NCBI GenBank assembly: GCA_048213135.1
Contig: PS015097.1
Span: 10,679 to 74,678, forward strand
Source: Reclinomonas americana ATCC 50394
Lineage: Eukaryota
Length of the DNA: 64,000 nt
Direction of reading: 5' to 3'
Made by a program: the position numbers and the translations under genes. Shown here piece after piece: positions 62,201 through 64,000 of this stretch. The notes beneath the pieces were generated by a model. It had not been told where the DNA came from. It saw only the letters and a program-made list of their open reading frames with translations, and did not search any database. Every line of letters begins with the position of its first letter. Within the stretch, counting starts at the first letter, position 1.

Positions 62201-63937
62201 TGAGCATAAGGTTATTGCGCTCAGGCGGCACCTGGCCGTGGTGCGCGAGCGCAATGCGCCGATCTTTGGCATTGAGAGGTACACACATTTTCGTGTGCCA
62301 GTGTTTGTCATCGATTCCTCCGCCCTCTCATTTCTCACCCTGTGTAATCAGTGTGTCGCTGCACATCAACATTGACGCGGTGGTGGATTCGGTGTTCCAG
62401 TGGTTGGGTGAGCTGTTGGAGGATGGCTGGCGCATGCCGCTGGAGTTGCACATGTCGGGCGGCAGCGACTATGTCAACAATCTGTTCCGTGTGTACAATT
62501 CGGTGCGTTGCAGGCGTCGTTCTCGCCGGCGGTGCATGTTCCCCTTATTCCTTGTGCTGCAGTTCTTCCATCGCATCGGCTCCCACCGTCTTTTCGAGAG
62601 CCGCACCGCCTCCAAGGACATGTGTCTGCCGGCTGCTGACGGTGGTGGTGGGAACTTGTCAAGGTACGAGCTTCTCGGCAAGATCATCATCAAGTGCTTG
62701 CTCGACGGCCGCCTGCTGCCGGTGCGCACCTTTGCGCCCTCGTTGTACAAGTACATTGCGGGCATGCCGGTGCGTTTGCGTGCACATGTGCATATGTGTG
62801 CGTTCTCTGCAGTGTCTCACGTTGGCGTGAACAGGTCACCTTCCACGATCTGGAGCTCTTTGACCCACCGCTTGCCGGTCGCCTCAAGCAACTGTTGGCG
62901 AACCCGGAACCGGAGTCCGAGAACATGACGTTTGCCATGTGTGGTGCGTGTGCATGATTATCATCAACACTTTGTGTGTGTTGTGTGTGCGCGTGCTAAA
63001 ACCGGCTGCCGTATCGACGCAGGTGGAGACGCCAGCACGCGCGTGACGAATGAGAACAAGGGTGTGTTTGTGGAGCGTGTTGTGCAGCACACACTCGTAG
63101 ACTCGCGCAAGCAGGCGCTGGAGGCGTTGAAGCGAGGTCTGTTCGTCGTCGTCTTTGTTGAGTGTGGCGGCACCGCGCACATCGCTCACTGGTTGGCACG
63201 TGCGTTGCAGGCATGGTGTGGTGTGGCAATCTGATTGAGATCGGCGACAACTTGAGTCTGCTTGGCTGTCGCGACCTCATGCAGTTCTGCTGCGGCCACT
63301 TGGAGCTGACCACTGATCGTATCATCAGCGCTTTCAACATGCAGATGGTGGAGGACACTTCCTTTGTAGGTCTGTCAAGCGGCGTCGTGTCATGTCATGC
63401 AGCCTCTTTCCTTTGCTCACTCTCTCTGCAATCACACGTCCACAGAGCGACTCCGCGAGACGCTGGAGCAGTGGGAGCGTGAGCACCCGCAGCGTCTGTC
63501 GGCGTTCATGGAGTATGCCACTGGCTTGCCATGTTGCGTGTGTTTGAGCTTTACTTGCAGCATGGTGACGTTTCGTTGCTGACTCCTCCGCACACAGCTG
63601 TGCCATTCGAGGGCATGTACAATGTCAACTCACCAAATCTCGAGCCCGATTCCGCACTGGTGCGTCTCGACGACGAGGTGTCGGTCGACTTGGCACCCCG
63701 GTGGAGCACGCACGAGTTGGTGCTGTCACCAACGAGCCAGCTGCTCTCGTGCGACACCACCGCCGCGTTTGGTGAGCGCCTGTTCCAGTTGATGGCCGAG
63801 CAGGGGCAGCGGCCGGCAGACGATGGCGGTGAGTGATGTTTGTACACGGGAAGTGTGGTGCGGTGATCATTGTGTGCTCACACGGTTGTTTGCGTGCAGC
63901 TGACGGCGGTGACCAGCTGTTCGAGGAGGATTATTAG
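59004..63937 (+). CDS. Coiled-coil, pseudokinase and HECT-like domain fusion protein
   Basis: Kinase fold HPGIIPL..LEYPF..IVHGNL..FVAPE..DMWSFGVL..RLTAAESLCHPFF. HECT-like YELLGKII..SLYKYI..DLELFDP..VTNENKGVFV..LKRG..FMEYATG. About 16 introns give a continuous frame. Confidence 0.8.
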
Positions 63938-64000
63938 AGCCTTCTGCATTGTAGTAAATTATACCCGCACGGGCTTCGTATGATTGCTTTTAGTTCATTT

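Noticed and set aside
3846-63540. Non-canonical TT-AG introns (G|TTGCGT)
   Set aside because: In conserved proteins (RPL28, SEC61A, CCA1) only cleavage before the G of GTTGCG preserves the frame, so the donors are GT.
1-64000. Stop-codon reassignment, CRISPR arrays, tRNA or rRNA genes
   Set aside because: In-frame stops in the recognisable genes fall in introns, and TAA, TAG and TGA all terminate genes. I saw no repeat-spacer array or recognisable structural RNA.

Overview
Gene-dense, intron-rich eukaryotic genomic DNA from a draft assembly with N-gaps. It is probably a flagellated protist, since it encodes CFAP298, a SHIPPO/ODF3-repeat protein and a TTC29-like TPR protein. I reconstructed about 21 multi-exon genes by hand. 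Most introns are roughly 60-100 nt, with CTCAC/CTGAC-type branch points and CA/GA microsatellites. Recognisable genes include CFAP298, a PTEN-like phosphatase, SLC38A9, an LPAAT, a cyclin, RPL28, USP5/13, a RING-CH ligase, a CCA-adding enzyme, a 7TM protein, BRO1/ALIX, PTGES2 and SEC61A. There is also a non-LTR retrotransposon RT fragment. The most striking pattern is a two-class 5' splice-site code. Exons ending in G mostly use ordinary donors (G|GTGCG, G|GTGAG, G|GTAC). Exons ending in A, C or T almost always use a donor with one extra T (H|GTTGCG, H|GTTGAGT, H|GTTGTG), which is the consensus shifted by +1. This suggests routine shifted- or bulged-register donor recognition. Other notable items are a pseudokinase fused to a HECT-like domain lacking the catalytic Cys, a stand-alone voltage-sensor-like protein, and a PH-[novel repeat]n-SAH-PH protein. 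All gene models are hand-spliced and lack transcript evidence.
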